This document shows positions 43,355 to 52,398 of a DNA stretch of 64,000 bases, in pieces; position 1 is the first letter of the stretch, and each line of letters opens with the position of its first letter. The notes under the pieces were generated by a model. That model searched no databases and was not told where the DNA came from. It saw only the letters and a program-made list of their open reading frames with translations. The DNA is from an uncultured delta proteobacterium (GTDB lineage: Bacteria; Desulfobacterota; Binatia; UBA9968), in NCBI GenBank assembly GCA_963745835.1, contig CAVUZH010000023.1, positions 14,209 through 78,208 of the forward strand, read 5' to 3'. The position numbers and the translations under genes were made by a program.

Positions 43355-44254
43355 GTGTCTACGGCAAATCTTGGTTTTGTCGGACTCGGGGTGATGGGAA
43401 GCCGCATGGTAAAACGGCTGCTCGATGCCGGCCACTCGGTAACGGGATATAACCGAACCCGCGCCAAAGCCCAATGGCTTCTCGACACCGGGATGAAGTG
43501 GGCCGAAACTCCGCGCGCCGTCGCAGACTCCGCTGACGTCGTTTTCTCAATGGTCTCCGATACTGCCGCACTGCAAGCGATCACCGCAGGAACTCATGGC
43601 ATCGTCGCCGGACTTGCCGCCGGCAAAATCTACATCGATATGAGCACGGTAAGCCCTGCTGCCAGCCGTGACATCGCCCAGCAGGTCGCTGCTAAAGGAG
43701 CGCATATGCTCGATGCGCCGGTTTCGGGCAGCGTCATTACCTTGGAAGAGGGCAAGCTATCGTTCATGGTCGGCGGCGATCGCGTCGCCTTTGAACAGGC
43801 GCAATCGATTCTCGAAGCGATCGGACCAAAGGTCACTTACGTCGGCGGCAATGGATTGGCAGTCTCCATGAAAATCGCCACTAATCTCAGCCTGGCCGTG
43901 CAAATGCTTGCCTTTAGCGAAGGAGTGCTGCTGGCCGAGAAGAGCGGCATTACACGGGAGACCGCCGTGGAAGTTCTGCTCAACAGCGTTATCGCATCGC
44001 CGATGGTGAAATACCGCGGGCCGTTTGTCTTGAACATGCCCGAAGAAGCCTGGTTCGATGTGGACATGATGCAGAAGGATCTACTCCTCGCTTTAGAGAT
44101 GGGTCTTAAGCTGGATGTGCCGCTGCCGACCACAGCGATTACCAATCAAATGCTCACGAGCGCGCGCGCCGCAGGGCTCGCCGAAAAAGATTTCGCGATA
44201 TTGTTTGACGTGCTGTCGAAGATGGCAGGCGTGAAGAGTGGAGGAATGGAGTAA
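43355..44254 (+). CDS. NAD(P)-dependent beta-hydroxyacid dehydrogenase (3-hydroxyisobutyrate DH family)
   Basis: GFVGLGVMG, DMSTVSP, DAPVSGS, catalytic K in MKIATN, KDL. Confidence 0.9.
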   Translation: MSTANLGFVGLGVMGSRMVKRLLDAGHSVTGYNRTRAKAQWLLDTGMKWAETPRAVADSADVVFSMVSDTAALQAITAGTHGIVAGLAAGKIYIDMSTVSPAASRDIAQQVAAKGAHMLDAPVSGSVITLEEGKLSFMVGGDRVAFEQAQSILEAIGPKVTYVGGNGLAVSMKIATNLSLAVQMLAFSEGVLLAEKSGITRETAVEVLLNSVIASPMVKYRGPFVLNMPEEAWFDVDMMQKDLLLALEMGLKLDVPLPTTAITNQMLTSARAAGLAEKDFAILFDVLSKMAGVKSGGME

Positions 44255-44300
44255 CGGGTGACGGGAGATCTTTGCATCACTCCAACACTCCATTACTCCA
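44238..44300. repeat. Inverted 8-mer tandem array (TGGAGT family)
   Basis: gtggagga atggagta acgggtga / catcactc caacactc cattactc ca; overlaps the upstream stop codon. Confidence 0.75.
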
Positions 44301-44321
44301 AGGGCCTATGACGATACCCTG

Positions 44322-45330
44322 ATGGCGCGATCCAAAAAAGACAAAGTAAAGCCAGCAAAAAGCGCCGCGGCTCACGATGAACGCTGGATTCATTTCTATC
44401 GGCAAATGGTGAAGATCCGTCGCTTCGAGGAAGAGGTCAATCAACTCTATCTCGGCGCCAAGATGCCCGGCCTTGCGCATTTGTATATCGGCCAGGAGGC
44501 GATCGCCGTGGGCGTTTGTGAAGCGCTGCGGCGCGACGACTATATAACCAGCACGCACCGTGGTCATGGCCACTGCTTAGCCAAGGGCGCCGCTGTGGAC
44601 AAGATGTTTGCCGAACTGCTCGGCAAAGAGGCCGGATACTGCCGCGGCAAAGGTGGCTCCATGCACATTGCCGATCAAGAGACCGGCAACCTGGGCGCCA
44701 ACGCAATCGTCGGCGGCAGCGCCGGCGATGGCCACCGGCGCGGGCCTATCGATAAAGATGCGCGGCACGGATCAAGTGGCGATCTGTTTTTTCGGCGACG
44801 GCGCTCTAGGACAAGGACTGCTTTACGAGGCGATGAACATGGCATCGCTGTGGAAACTGCCGGTCATCTACGTTTGCGAGAACAATCAATACAACGAATA
44901 TACCAATTATCGAGAGACCACCGCCGGCGAAGTATCGGCGCGCGCCGAAGCTTTTGGCATTCACAGCCAAACCATCGACGGTCAGGACGTGCGCATGGTG
45001 CACGCCACTAGCCTCGAACTAGTCAAGCGCGCCCGGCGCGGTGACGGGCCGGCATTCTTACACTGCAACACTTACCGTTTCCACGGTCACCATGTCGGTG
45101 ACATCGATCGCTCCTACTACCGATCTAAGAGGGAAGAAGAAGATTGGAAGACCCAGCGCGATCCGGTAATTCTCCTCGGGGACTGGCTACAGAAAAACAA
45201 ATTGGCCGATAGTAACCTCTTACAAACAGTCGATAACGAAGTTTCGGAAGAGATCATCAGCGCGGTGAACTTCGCTTTGGCGGCTCCTTTTCCCGCGGCC
45301 GATGAGGTAGACCAGCATGTCTACGCGTGA
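44322..45330 (+). CDS. TPP-dependent dehydrogenase E1 alpha (AcoA/PdhA-like), frameshift near 44727
   Basis: [26 protein letters not shown] motif GDGA...[15 protein letters not shown]. Confidence 0.9.
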
Positions 45331-45338
45331 GAAAGGAT

Positions 45339-45771
45339 AGGCAACAGGCAATGGGCAACAGGCATTAGGAGAACGTTCGAATAAAATTCTCAGCTACAAA
45401 GATCTTCTCGTTTGGCAGAAAAGCATGCGGCTTGTGGAAACCGGGTATCGTCTGAGCGTTCAGCTACCTGCAGCCGAGTAATGGGGTCTCATTTCGCAAA
45501 TGCGTCGTGCGGCCGTTTCAATTCCGTCAAATATCGCCGAAGGCTATGGCAGGCAAGCAACGGGAGAGTACCACCAGCATCTTTCCATCGGCCGTGGTTC
45601 GTTGCTGGAGTTAGAAACTCAGGTTCTTTTATGTCGAAGACTCGGCTATCTCGAGGGAAGCCGTGCCGAAGTCTTGCTGCGAGAAATTGAGCAAATAAGC
45701 AAAGTGCTAGGTTCTTTGATCGCTAAACTGCGCTGAACGAGCTATTGCCAAATGCCTGTTGTCTCTTGCCT
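45339..45771. repeat. Inverted 7-mer arrays flanking the four-helix-bundle pseudogene
   Basis: Left AGGCAAC AGGCAAT GGGCAAC AGGCATT (45339-45366); right ATTGCCA AATGCCT GTTGTCT CTTGCCT (45744-45771). Confidence 0.85.
45371..45736 (+). pseudogene. Four-helix-bundle protein (23S rRNA IVP/S23-like family) with in-frame TAA
   Basis: SYKDLLVWQKSM...LPAAE*WGLISQMRRAAVSIPSNIAEGYGR...GRGSLLELETQ. TAA at 45479-45481; no clear in-frame ATG upstream. Confidence 0.85.
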
Positions 45772-46755
45772 ATGAAATCCCGCGAGATCACCTTCAGCCA
45801 AGCTATCAACGAGGCGCTATCCGAGGAGATGCGCCGCGACCCGACTGTATTTATCATCGGTGAAGATGTCGCTGAGGCTGGCACACCGTTCAAAGTATTA
45901 TCGGGACTGGTCGGGGAATTCGGCACCCAGCGCGTGATCGACTCGCCGATCTCCGAAGCAGGCATCAGCGGTATCGGCGTTGGCGCCGCTATGACTGGAA
46001 TGCGGCCTGTGGTGGATATCATGTTCGGCGATTTCCTCACCTTGACGATGGATCAGCTGGTCAATCAGGCGGCGAAAATTCACTATATGTCCGGCGGCAA
46101 GCTTAAAGTGCCAATGGTGCTGCGAACGACTTTAGGCGCAACCCGCCGTTCAGCGGCGCAGCACAGCCAGAGCCTTCACGCCTGGGTGAGTCATGTTCCC
46201 GGATTGAAAGTCGTCGTGCCGTCGACGCCCTACGATGCCAAGGGTCTGCTCAAAAGCGCCATCCGCGATGACAATCCGGTCGTGTTCTTCGAGGACAAAA
46301 TGATGTACCAGCTGAAGGGGCCGGTCCCGGCCGAGGAATACACGATCCCGCTGGGAGTGGCTGATATCAAGCGCGCCGGCAACGATATCACGCTGGTGGC
46401 AACCAGCAGCATGGTGCACGTCGCCCTGGCGGCAGCAGCAGTATTGGCAAATGATGATATCAGCGCCGAAGTTATCGATGTCAGGACGACCGCGCCGCTG
46501 GACACAGACACACTTGTTCAATCGGCCAAAAAAACCAGCCGCGCCATCGTCATCGACGAAGGTTATGAGAACTACGGCGTCACGGCAGAAATTGCTTCGG
46601 TGATCGCCGACGGCGCCTTCTACTATCTCGACGCGCCCGTCAAGCGCATGGGCGCCATGAATGTGCCGGTGCCGTTTTCGCCGGTGCTTGAAGATCAAAC
46701 GGTGCCGACGCCGGAAAACGTTGCGAAATTGGCGCGAGTGTTGTGCGACAAATAA
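45772..46755 (+). CDS. TPP-dependent dehydrogenase E1 beta (AcoB/PdhB-like)
   Basis: GEDV, DSPISEAG, DQLVNQAAK, AAQHSQS, DAKGLL. Confidence 0.92.
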   Translation: MKSREITFSQAINEALSEEMRRDPTVFIIGEDVAEAGTPFKVLSGLVGEFGTQRVIDSPISEAGISGIGVGAAMTGMRPVVDIMFGDFLTLTMDQLVNQAAKIHYMSGGKLKVPMVLRTTLGATRRSAAQHSQSLHAWVSHVPGLKVVVPSTPYDAKGLLKSAIRDDNPVVFFEDKMMYQLKGPVPAEEYTIPLGVADIKRAGNDITLVATSSMVHVALAAAAVLANDDISAEVIDVRTTAPLDTDTLVQSAKKTSRAIVIDEGYENYGVTAEIASVIADGAFYYLDAPVKRMGAMNVPVPFSPVLEDQTVPTPENVAKLARVLCDK

Positions 46756-46799
46756 TGGCCGAGTTTGGTATAGGCGACAGCAATGGTTACGTGGCAACG

Positions 46800-46898
46800 G
46801 TTCCAGCAGTTCCAAACGTTCCAGCGGTTCCACTCGTTCAAGGGCACGGATCGCTGTTGACATTTGAAACCATTGGAACGACTGGCACGATTGGAACG
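46800..46898. repeat. Inverted 9-mer tandem array hairpin
   Basis: GTTCCAGCA GTTCCAAAC GTTCCAGCG GTTCCACTC GTTCAA / TTGAAACCA TTGGAACGA CTGGCACGA TTGGAAC. Confidence 0.85.
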
Positions 46899-46918
46899 CT
46901 AAGGTTTGGAGATTACTC

Positions 46919-48235
46919 ATGGGGTTGAAAACCTTCGGCTTAATGGCCGTGGACTGGGAGGAGCGGGTCAATATCGAGCGGCTCCGGCAGGAGCGGCTGG
47001 CGCGGGTGAAAAATGCGCTGAAGAAATCCGAAATCGGCGCGCTGCTCTGTTTCGATATGAACAACATTCGCTATATCACCGCGACACACATCGGCACCTG
47101 GGCGATGGACAAGCTGGTGCGCTTCTCACTGTTGCCGCAGGATGACGAGCCGATTTTATGGGACTTCGGCTCCGCGGCTCGGCACCATCAAATTTACTGC
47201 CCTTGGCTCGGCGAACGGTCGCGCGCCGGCATCTCGACCTTGCGCGGCGCAACTAATCCGGGCTCCGGATTGGCCGAAGACGTGGCGAAGAAAATCCGTC
47301 TCGAGCTGGAGAAGCGCCAGCTCTTGAATGAGCCGGTCGGAGTCGATGTTATCGAGATCCCGGTGCTGTTTGCCTTGCAGTCGCAGGGCATCAAGGTTGT
47401 CGATGGCCAGCAACTCATGCACGAAGTAAGAAAGATCAAAACTCAAGATGAAATAACCTTGCTCAATACCGCAACGATGATGGTGGATGCGGCTTACGAC
47501 GAGCTTTATCGATTCATGAAGCCGGGAGTAAAGGAAAACGAATGCGTCGGAGTGGTGAGCAAGGTACTTTACGATCTCGGCTCCGAGCATGTTGAAGGGG
47601 TCAACGCGATCTCGGGAGAACGCTGCAGTCCGCATCCGCACGTCTACACCGATCGCGTGCTCCGGCCTGGTGATCCGGCCTTTTTCGACATTTTGCACAG
47701 CTTCAATGGTTACCGCACCTGCTACTATCGAACCTTCGCCGTAGGCAGCGCGTCCCCGGCAATGGTCGACGCCTACAAGCGCTGCCGCGACTACATGGAC
47801 GCGGCGATCAGCATCGTCAAGCCGGGAATCACCACCGCAGATGTCGTCAAGCTCTGGCCGAAGGCAGAGGAATTCGGCTTTGCCAACGAAGAGGCAGCCT
47901 TTGCGCTGCAGTACGGCCACGGGGTTGGCTTATCGATTTGGGAAAAACCAATTTTCAGCCGGCTCGTTTCATTGGACCATCCTGAGATCATCGAAGAAGG
48001 CATGGTGTTCGCTCTGGAAACCTATTGGCCGGCAAGCGATGGCTGGTCGGCAGCGCGTCTCGAAGAAGAAGTGGTGGTGACCAAAGACGGCTGCGAAATC
48101 ATCACTCGATTTCCATCGGAGAAGCTGCTGGTTGCCGGCACGCACTACTTCACTGCCGGCGGAGAGTTGCCGACCACGCGGTACACGCAATCGGCATTGA
48201 ATAACCCGGGCGCGTTGGAACGGGTCAAGGGCTAA
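46919..48235 (+). CDS. M24 (Xaa-Pro peptidase/creatinase fold) family enzyme
   Basis: NNIRY, RKIKTQDEI, FFD...GYRTCYYRT, YGHGVGL, ALET, RLEE. Confidence 0.85.
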   Translation: MGLKTFGLMAVDWEERVNIERLRQERLARVKNALKKSEIGALLCFDMNNIRYITATHIGTWAMDKLVRFSLLPQDDEPILWDFGSAARHHQIYCPWLGERSRAGISTLRGATNPGSGLAEDVAKKIRLELEKRQLLNEPVGVDVIEIPVLFALQSQGIKVVDGQQLMHEVRKIKTQDEITLLNTATMMVDAAYDELYRFMKPGVKENECVGVVSKVLYDLGSEHVEGVNAISGERCSPHPHVYTDRVLRPGDPAFFDILHSFNGYRTCYYRTFAVGSASPAMVDAYKRCRDYMDAAISIVKPGITTADVVKLWPKAEEFGFANEEAAFALQYGHGVGLSIWEKPIFSRLVSLDHPEIIEEGMVFALETYWPASDGWSAARLEEEVVVTKDGCEIITRFPSEKLLVAGTHYFTAGGELPTTRYTQSALNNPGALERVKG

Positions 48236-48359
48236 CAGGCTGCTGAAAAAGACTCATCTGCTTCGTTGCGCTTGACCGACTCGCTTCAACGTACTGAAAC
48301 GTACGGCTCAGCTCTTCGGACTTCGCGCGCCTGGCATCTGAGATCTTTTGAGCAGCCTG
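48236..48359. mobile_element. MITE (124 bp) with terminal IRs and candidate TAA target duplication
   Basis: CAGGCTGCTGAAAA ... TTTTGAGCAGCCTG, flanked by TAA on both sides. Confidence 0.7.
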
Positions 48360-48399
48360 TAAACGTACTTTTTAGGGATACCTGCGAGACTAGAGTCAC

Positions 48400-48470
48400 T
48401 TTGAGTCTCGGATTTGAGATCTGAGTAGTTACGATCGGAACCGGTGGAACAATTGGAACTACTGGAACGG
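48400..48470. repeat. Single-arm 7-mer and 9-mer arrays
   Basis: ttgagt ctcggat ttgagat ctgagt, then tcggaaccg gtggaacaa ttggaacta ctggaacgg. Confidence 0.6.
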
Positions 48471-48501
48471 TCTTTCTTTCCGGACTGTTGAACTAAATTT
48501 T

Positions 48502-49701
48502 ATGCCGACGAATGTCATCATGCCCGCCCTCGGCGTAGCCCAAGAAAAAGGCACGCTGATCAACTGGCTCAAGTCCGAAGGTCAGACAGTGAGCAAAGGC
48601 GAGCCGCTGATGGAGGTCGAGACGGACAAGGCAACCGTCGAGATCGAAGCGGTGGCTTCGGGGATTCTAGCTAATGTGACCGCTAGCGCTGGTGACGAAG
48701 TGCCGGTGGGTCACACTATCGCGCTGATCTTGGCGCCGGGCGAAACTGTACCGGAACCAGCGACTGCGTCATCATCCTCCTCAGTAAAAGAAATTTCTCC
48801 ACAAGCATCTGCCGAGTCTAAGATCGAGGATAGAACTGAAACTCCAAACCCTACGCCGCGAATTCCAGGCTCACGCATTTTAGCCTCACCGGCAGCCAGG
48901 AGAATCGCGCGCGAGGAAGGGATCGATCTCGGAGCCTTGAACGGTAGCGGTCCGGAGGGCAGCGTGCTGATCGCGGATGTCCGGCGGGCCAAAGAAAAAC
49001 CAACGCTTGAACCGGAAATTGCGCAGCGGGTCAGCCGGCTGGTACCGCTCAGCCCGATGCGCCGGATTGTCGGCGAGCGCATGACCCAAAGCAAACAGCG
49101 CGCGCCGCACTTCTATATCAGCATGGATATCGACATGACGGCCATTGTCGGGATGAGAAATAGATGGAAGCAGCGCGGAGACACAACACTTCCATCAATC
49201 AACGATTTTATCTTGAGCGCCTGCGCCAATACCTTGAAAGATTTCCCTGTCGTGAATGCACGATTTACCCACGACGGAATCGAGTATTTGCCAGAGATCA
49301 ACATCGGCATGGCGGTGGCTCTCGAAGAAGGTCTCGTGGTACCGGTCATTCGTAATGCCGACCGGCTGAGCCTGGGCGACTTGGCGCAACAGAGCCGGCA
49401 ACTGTCTGATAAAGCACAACACAAGAAATTATTGCCCTTCGATTACGAAGGCGGAACTTTCACGGTCTCCAACCTCGGCATGCTCGGCGTCGACAATTTC
49501 GTCGCGATCATCAATCCGCCGCAATGCGCTATTCTCGCGGTGGGCCGCGTTGCGCCGCGTGCCGTCGCCGATGACGTCGGCATCGCGGTGCGATCGATGA
49601 TGACCGCCACATTGTCCGCCGATCATCGCATCGTCGATGGAGCGATCGCCGCGCGCTTCCTGGCGGATTTCAAGCGACGCATGGAAAACCCTGATCGTTG
49701 A
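48502..49701 (+). CDS. Dihydrolipoamide acyltransferase E2
   Basis: Lipoyl motif VETDKA; PSBD ASPAARRIA; GGTFTVSNLG; DHRIVDG. Confidence 0.92.
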   Translation: MPTNVIMPALGVAQEKGTLINWLKSEGQTVSKGEPLMEVETDKATVEIEAVASGILANVTASAGDEVPVGHTIALILAPGETVPEPATASSSSSVKEISPQASAESKIEDRTETPNPTPRIPGSRILASPAARRIAREEGIDLGALNGSGPEGSVLIADVRRAKEKPTLEPEIAQRVSRLVPLSPMRRIVGERMTQSKQRAPHFYISMDIDMTAIVGMRNRWKQRGDTTLPSINDFILSACANTLKDFPVVNARFTHDGIEYLPEINIGMAVALEEGLVVPVIRNADRLSLGDLAQQSRQLSDKAQHKKLLPFDYEGGTFTVSNLGMLGVDNFVAIINPPQCAILAVGRVAPRAVADDVGIAVRSMMTATLSADHRIVDGAIAARFLADFKRRMENPDR

Positions 49702-49708
49702 TTTTCGC

Positions 49709-50494
49709 ATGACCCGGATCGTCATTCGAAATCTCACCAAGACTTACAGCGGTGGCAATGTCGTCGCCCTGCAAAACATCAATATTGACATTGAGCCGTA
49801 CGAAAGCATTTGCATTTTGGGGCCGAGCGGTTGCGGTAAGACGACATTGCTGCGAATTATCGACTGCCTGATACCGCGCGACTGCGGCGAAGTTATCATG
49901 AACGGCGCTCCGGTCACACAACCGCGCCCTGATATCGCAATGGTCTTTCAACATTTCGGTCTCTTTCCGTGGAAGCGGCTCGAACAGAACATTGCCTATG
50001 GCCTGGAGCTCAGAGGTCGTTCGAGACACGAAACGTCTGCAACCATCGCGCGCTATCTCGAGCTCATGGGACTCAATGGGTTCGAGAAGTCTTATCCGCA
50101 TCAACTCTCCGGCGGCATGCAGCAGCGCGCTGGATTGGCGCGGGCTCTGGCCGTAAATCCGGCTCTTTTACTGATGGATGAGCCCTTCGGTTCCCTCGAC
50201 GCGCAGACCCGTGAAATGATGCAGGAGGAGCTGCTGCGGATTCTGGAAACCGAAAAGAAGACGATGATTTTTGTCACCCACAGTATCGACGAAGCGATTC
50301 TTCTCGGCGATCGCATCGTCATGATGTCGCGCCGTCCCGGGCGCATCCAGGGAGTCATTCCGGTCGATATTCCACGCCCGCGAAAGATCATGTCAGTGCG
50401 CGCTCATCCTCGCTATATCGCGCTCCGCAATATGCTGTGGGAGATGCTCACGCAGAACCTCGATAGCACCGACACGTCCAAGAATGCCCAATGA
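49709..50494 (+). CDS. ABC ATP-binding protein
   Basis: GPSGCGKT, LSGGMQQR, DEPFGSLD. Confidence 0.92.
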   Translation: MTRIVIRNLTKTYSGGNVVALQNINIDIEPYESICILGPSGCGKTTLLRIIDCLIPRDCGEVIMNGAPVTQPRPDIAMVFQHFGLFPWKRLEQNIAYGLELRGRSRHETSATIARYLELMGLNGFEKSYPHQLSGGMQQRAGLARALAVNPALLLMDEPFGSLDAQTREMMQEELLRILETEKKTMIFVTHSIDEAILLGDRIVMMSRRPGRIQGVIPVDIPRPRKIMSVRAHPRYIALRNMLWEMLTQNLDSTDTSKNAQ

Positions 50495-51247
50495 ATCGAA
50501 AGATCATAGTTCGTTTGATTTCCCTGATATTCGTTCTTCTCATCTGGGAATACTACGGCAGGAGAGTAAATCCCGATTCTGTTTACTTATCCTTCGGCGA
50601 TTGCCCGTGCCTTCGTCGCCCTGGTCGCCAATGGCGAGCTGCAAAGCTACATGAAAGAAAGCCTGTTGGTGCTGGCCTATGCGTCGGTTCTTTCGGTATT
50701 GGCCGGTGTTCTGCTAGGCGTGGTCATGGGACGTTTCTCGATAATCGAGTGGGCCGCCGATATCTATGTCAATGCACTGTACTCAACACCCATGGTCGCA
50801 GTGGTTCCGTTGATTGTTCTCTGGTTCGGTTTCAAAGTTCCCGCCAAGGTCATCATTGTTTTTCTCTTCATGGTTTTCCCGGTGCTTCTCAACACCTATG
50901 AGGGAGTGAAAAACGTCGATCGCAATCTCCAAGAGGTCGCTCGCTCTTTTTGCTCGAGCGAAAGCCAGCTCTGGCGCCATCTGATCATTCCATCGGCCGT
51001 TCCCTTCATCGTGGCCGGTGTGCGCCTGGCCATCGGCCGCGGTCTGGTCGGGATGATCGTCGCCGAGTTCTATACATCCGTCACCGGACTGGGTTATATG
51101 ATCGTCCGCTATGCCAATGCCCTGGAAACCGACAAACTCTTTGTTCCCATCGTCGTGGTTATGATACTAGGAGTTGGCTTGCTGTCGCTGGCAAAATGGG
51201 TCGAAGGTCGCATCGCTCCGTGGAGAAACTCTGAAAATCGAGAATAA
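50491..51247 (+). CDS. ABC permease (frameshift near 50574)
   Basis: WEYYG...; EVARSF; AGVRLAIGRG; AEFY. Confidence 0.88.
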
Positions 51248-51256
51248 GGAGGCTTT

Positions 51257-52273
51257 ATGAGAAAAGCTGTTATTCTGATACTTGCATCGGTCAGCTTGGC
51301 GTTGGGGTTTCATTCCGCCGAAGCGCAGAGCAAACGCAAGGTTGTGTTCGGCGTGCCGGTTACTCCGCCCAATGTGGTGCACATTCCACCGTATATCGCC
51401 AAGGAAATGAATTTCTTCGGCGAGCAAAACATCGATGTCGAATTGGTGACGTTCGAAGGCGGCACGCAAACCTTGAGAGGAAGCGTGGCCGGCGGCCTCG
51501 ATATTACCGGTACCAGCTCCGATCCGGCGATTATCGCCGCTGCCAGAGGCGCCGGAACAAAAGTCCTCGGCACTTACTCACATAAGCTCTCGCAGTCCAT
51601 GCTGGTTCAGGGAGACATCAAAAGCTGCAAAGATCTAAAAGGGCGGAAGATCGGCATCCAGGAAGTCGGCGCGTTCAACGAGGTGATGAGCCGGGCCGTT
51701 CTGGCAAGCTGCGGTCTCACACCCAAGGACGTCGACTATGTGCCGGTCAGCACCAAAGGACGCGTGGCTGGACTGCTGAGCAACCAAATCGACACGGCAA
51801 TCCTTCATGTCGATCAGGCGATTGTCGCCAAAAAGAAAAAACCGGAGCTCAACATTCTCGTCAATCTTTGGGAACCGCTGCCTAAATGGCTTTACGCCGC
51901 CTACATCGCGCCGGAGAAAGAGATTGCCGGCAACCGCCAGCTTTACATCGACATCATGACTGCATTGGTCAAGGCGAACCGGTTTATCTACAGCAACAAA
52001 GCCAAAACGGTGGAGATCGCTGTGAAATACACGCAGCAGGATGCCGATGCCATCGGTCAGACCTACGATATTCTGGCCAATGTGGGAGCCTGGCCGGTCA
52101 ACGAAGGCCTGCCCAAGGACATGGTCGCGTGGACCATCGACAAACAGGTGGAATTAGGCAGCATCAAAGCCGCGGAGAAACCGACTTATGAAAAGCTCGT
52201 CGATATTTCTATCATCGAAGCGGCCATCGCCAAGGCCGGCGGACGTTTGAAGGGCGATAAGCGCTGGGATTAG
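51257..52273 (+). CDS. ABC substrate-binding protein (NitT/TauT)
   Basis: Signal peptide; YIAKEMNFF, LKGRKIGI. Confidence 0.88.
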   Translation: MRKAVILILASVSLALGFHSAEAQSKRKVVFGVPVTPPNVVHIPPYIAKEMNFFGEQNIDVELVTFEGGTQTLRGSVAGGLDITGTSSDPAIIAAARGAGTKVLGTYSHKLSQSMLVQGDIKSCKDLKGRKIGIQEVGAFNEVMSRAVLASCGLTPKDVDYVPVSTKGRVAGLLSNQIDTAILHVDQAIVAKKKKPELNILVNLWEPLPKWLYAAYIAPEKEIAGNRQLYIDIMTALVKANRFIYSNKAKTVEIAVKYTQQDADAIGQTYDILANVGAWPVNEGLPKDMVAWTIDKQVELGSIKAAEKPTYEKLVDISIIEAAIAKAGGRLKGDKRWD

Positions 52274-52398
52274 ACGCGCAGCCCGTTTGCCATCGGACGC
52301 GGCGCAAAGCTCGCACTCCGATGAAAATCATTCCGGGAATCCTGACGCCCCTTAGGTCGAGCATCCGAAGTTTTGCATCGTCGCGTGATGTAAGCTCT

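Noticed and set aside
45371-45736. Diversity-generating retroelement (four-helix bundle resembles Avd)
   Set aside because: No reverse transcriptase and no TR/VR pair with adenine-specific mismatches seen in the window.
39145-48470. Tandem arrays as CRISPR
   Set aside because: Units are 7-9 nt and contiguous, with no spacers; no cas genes.
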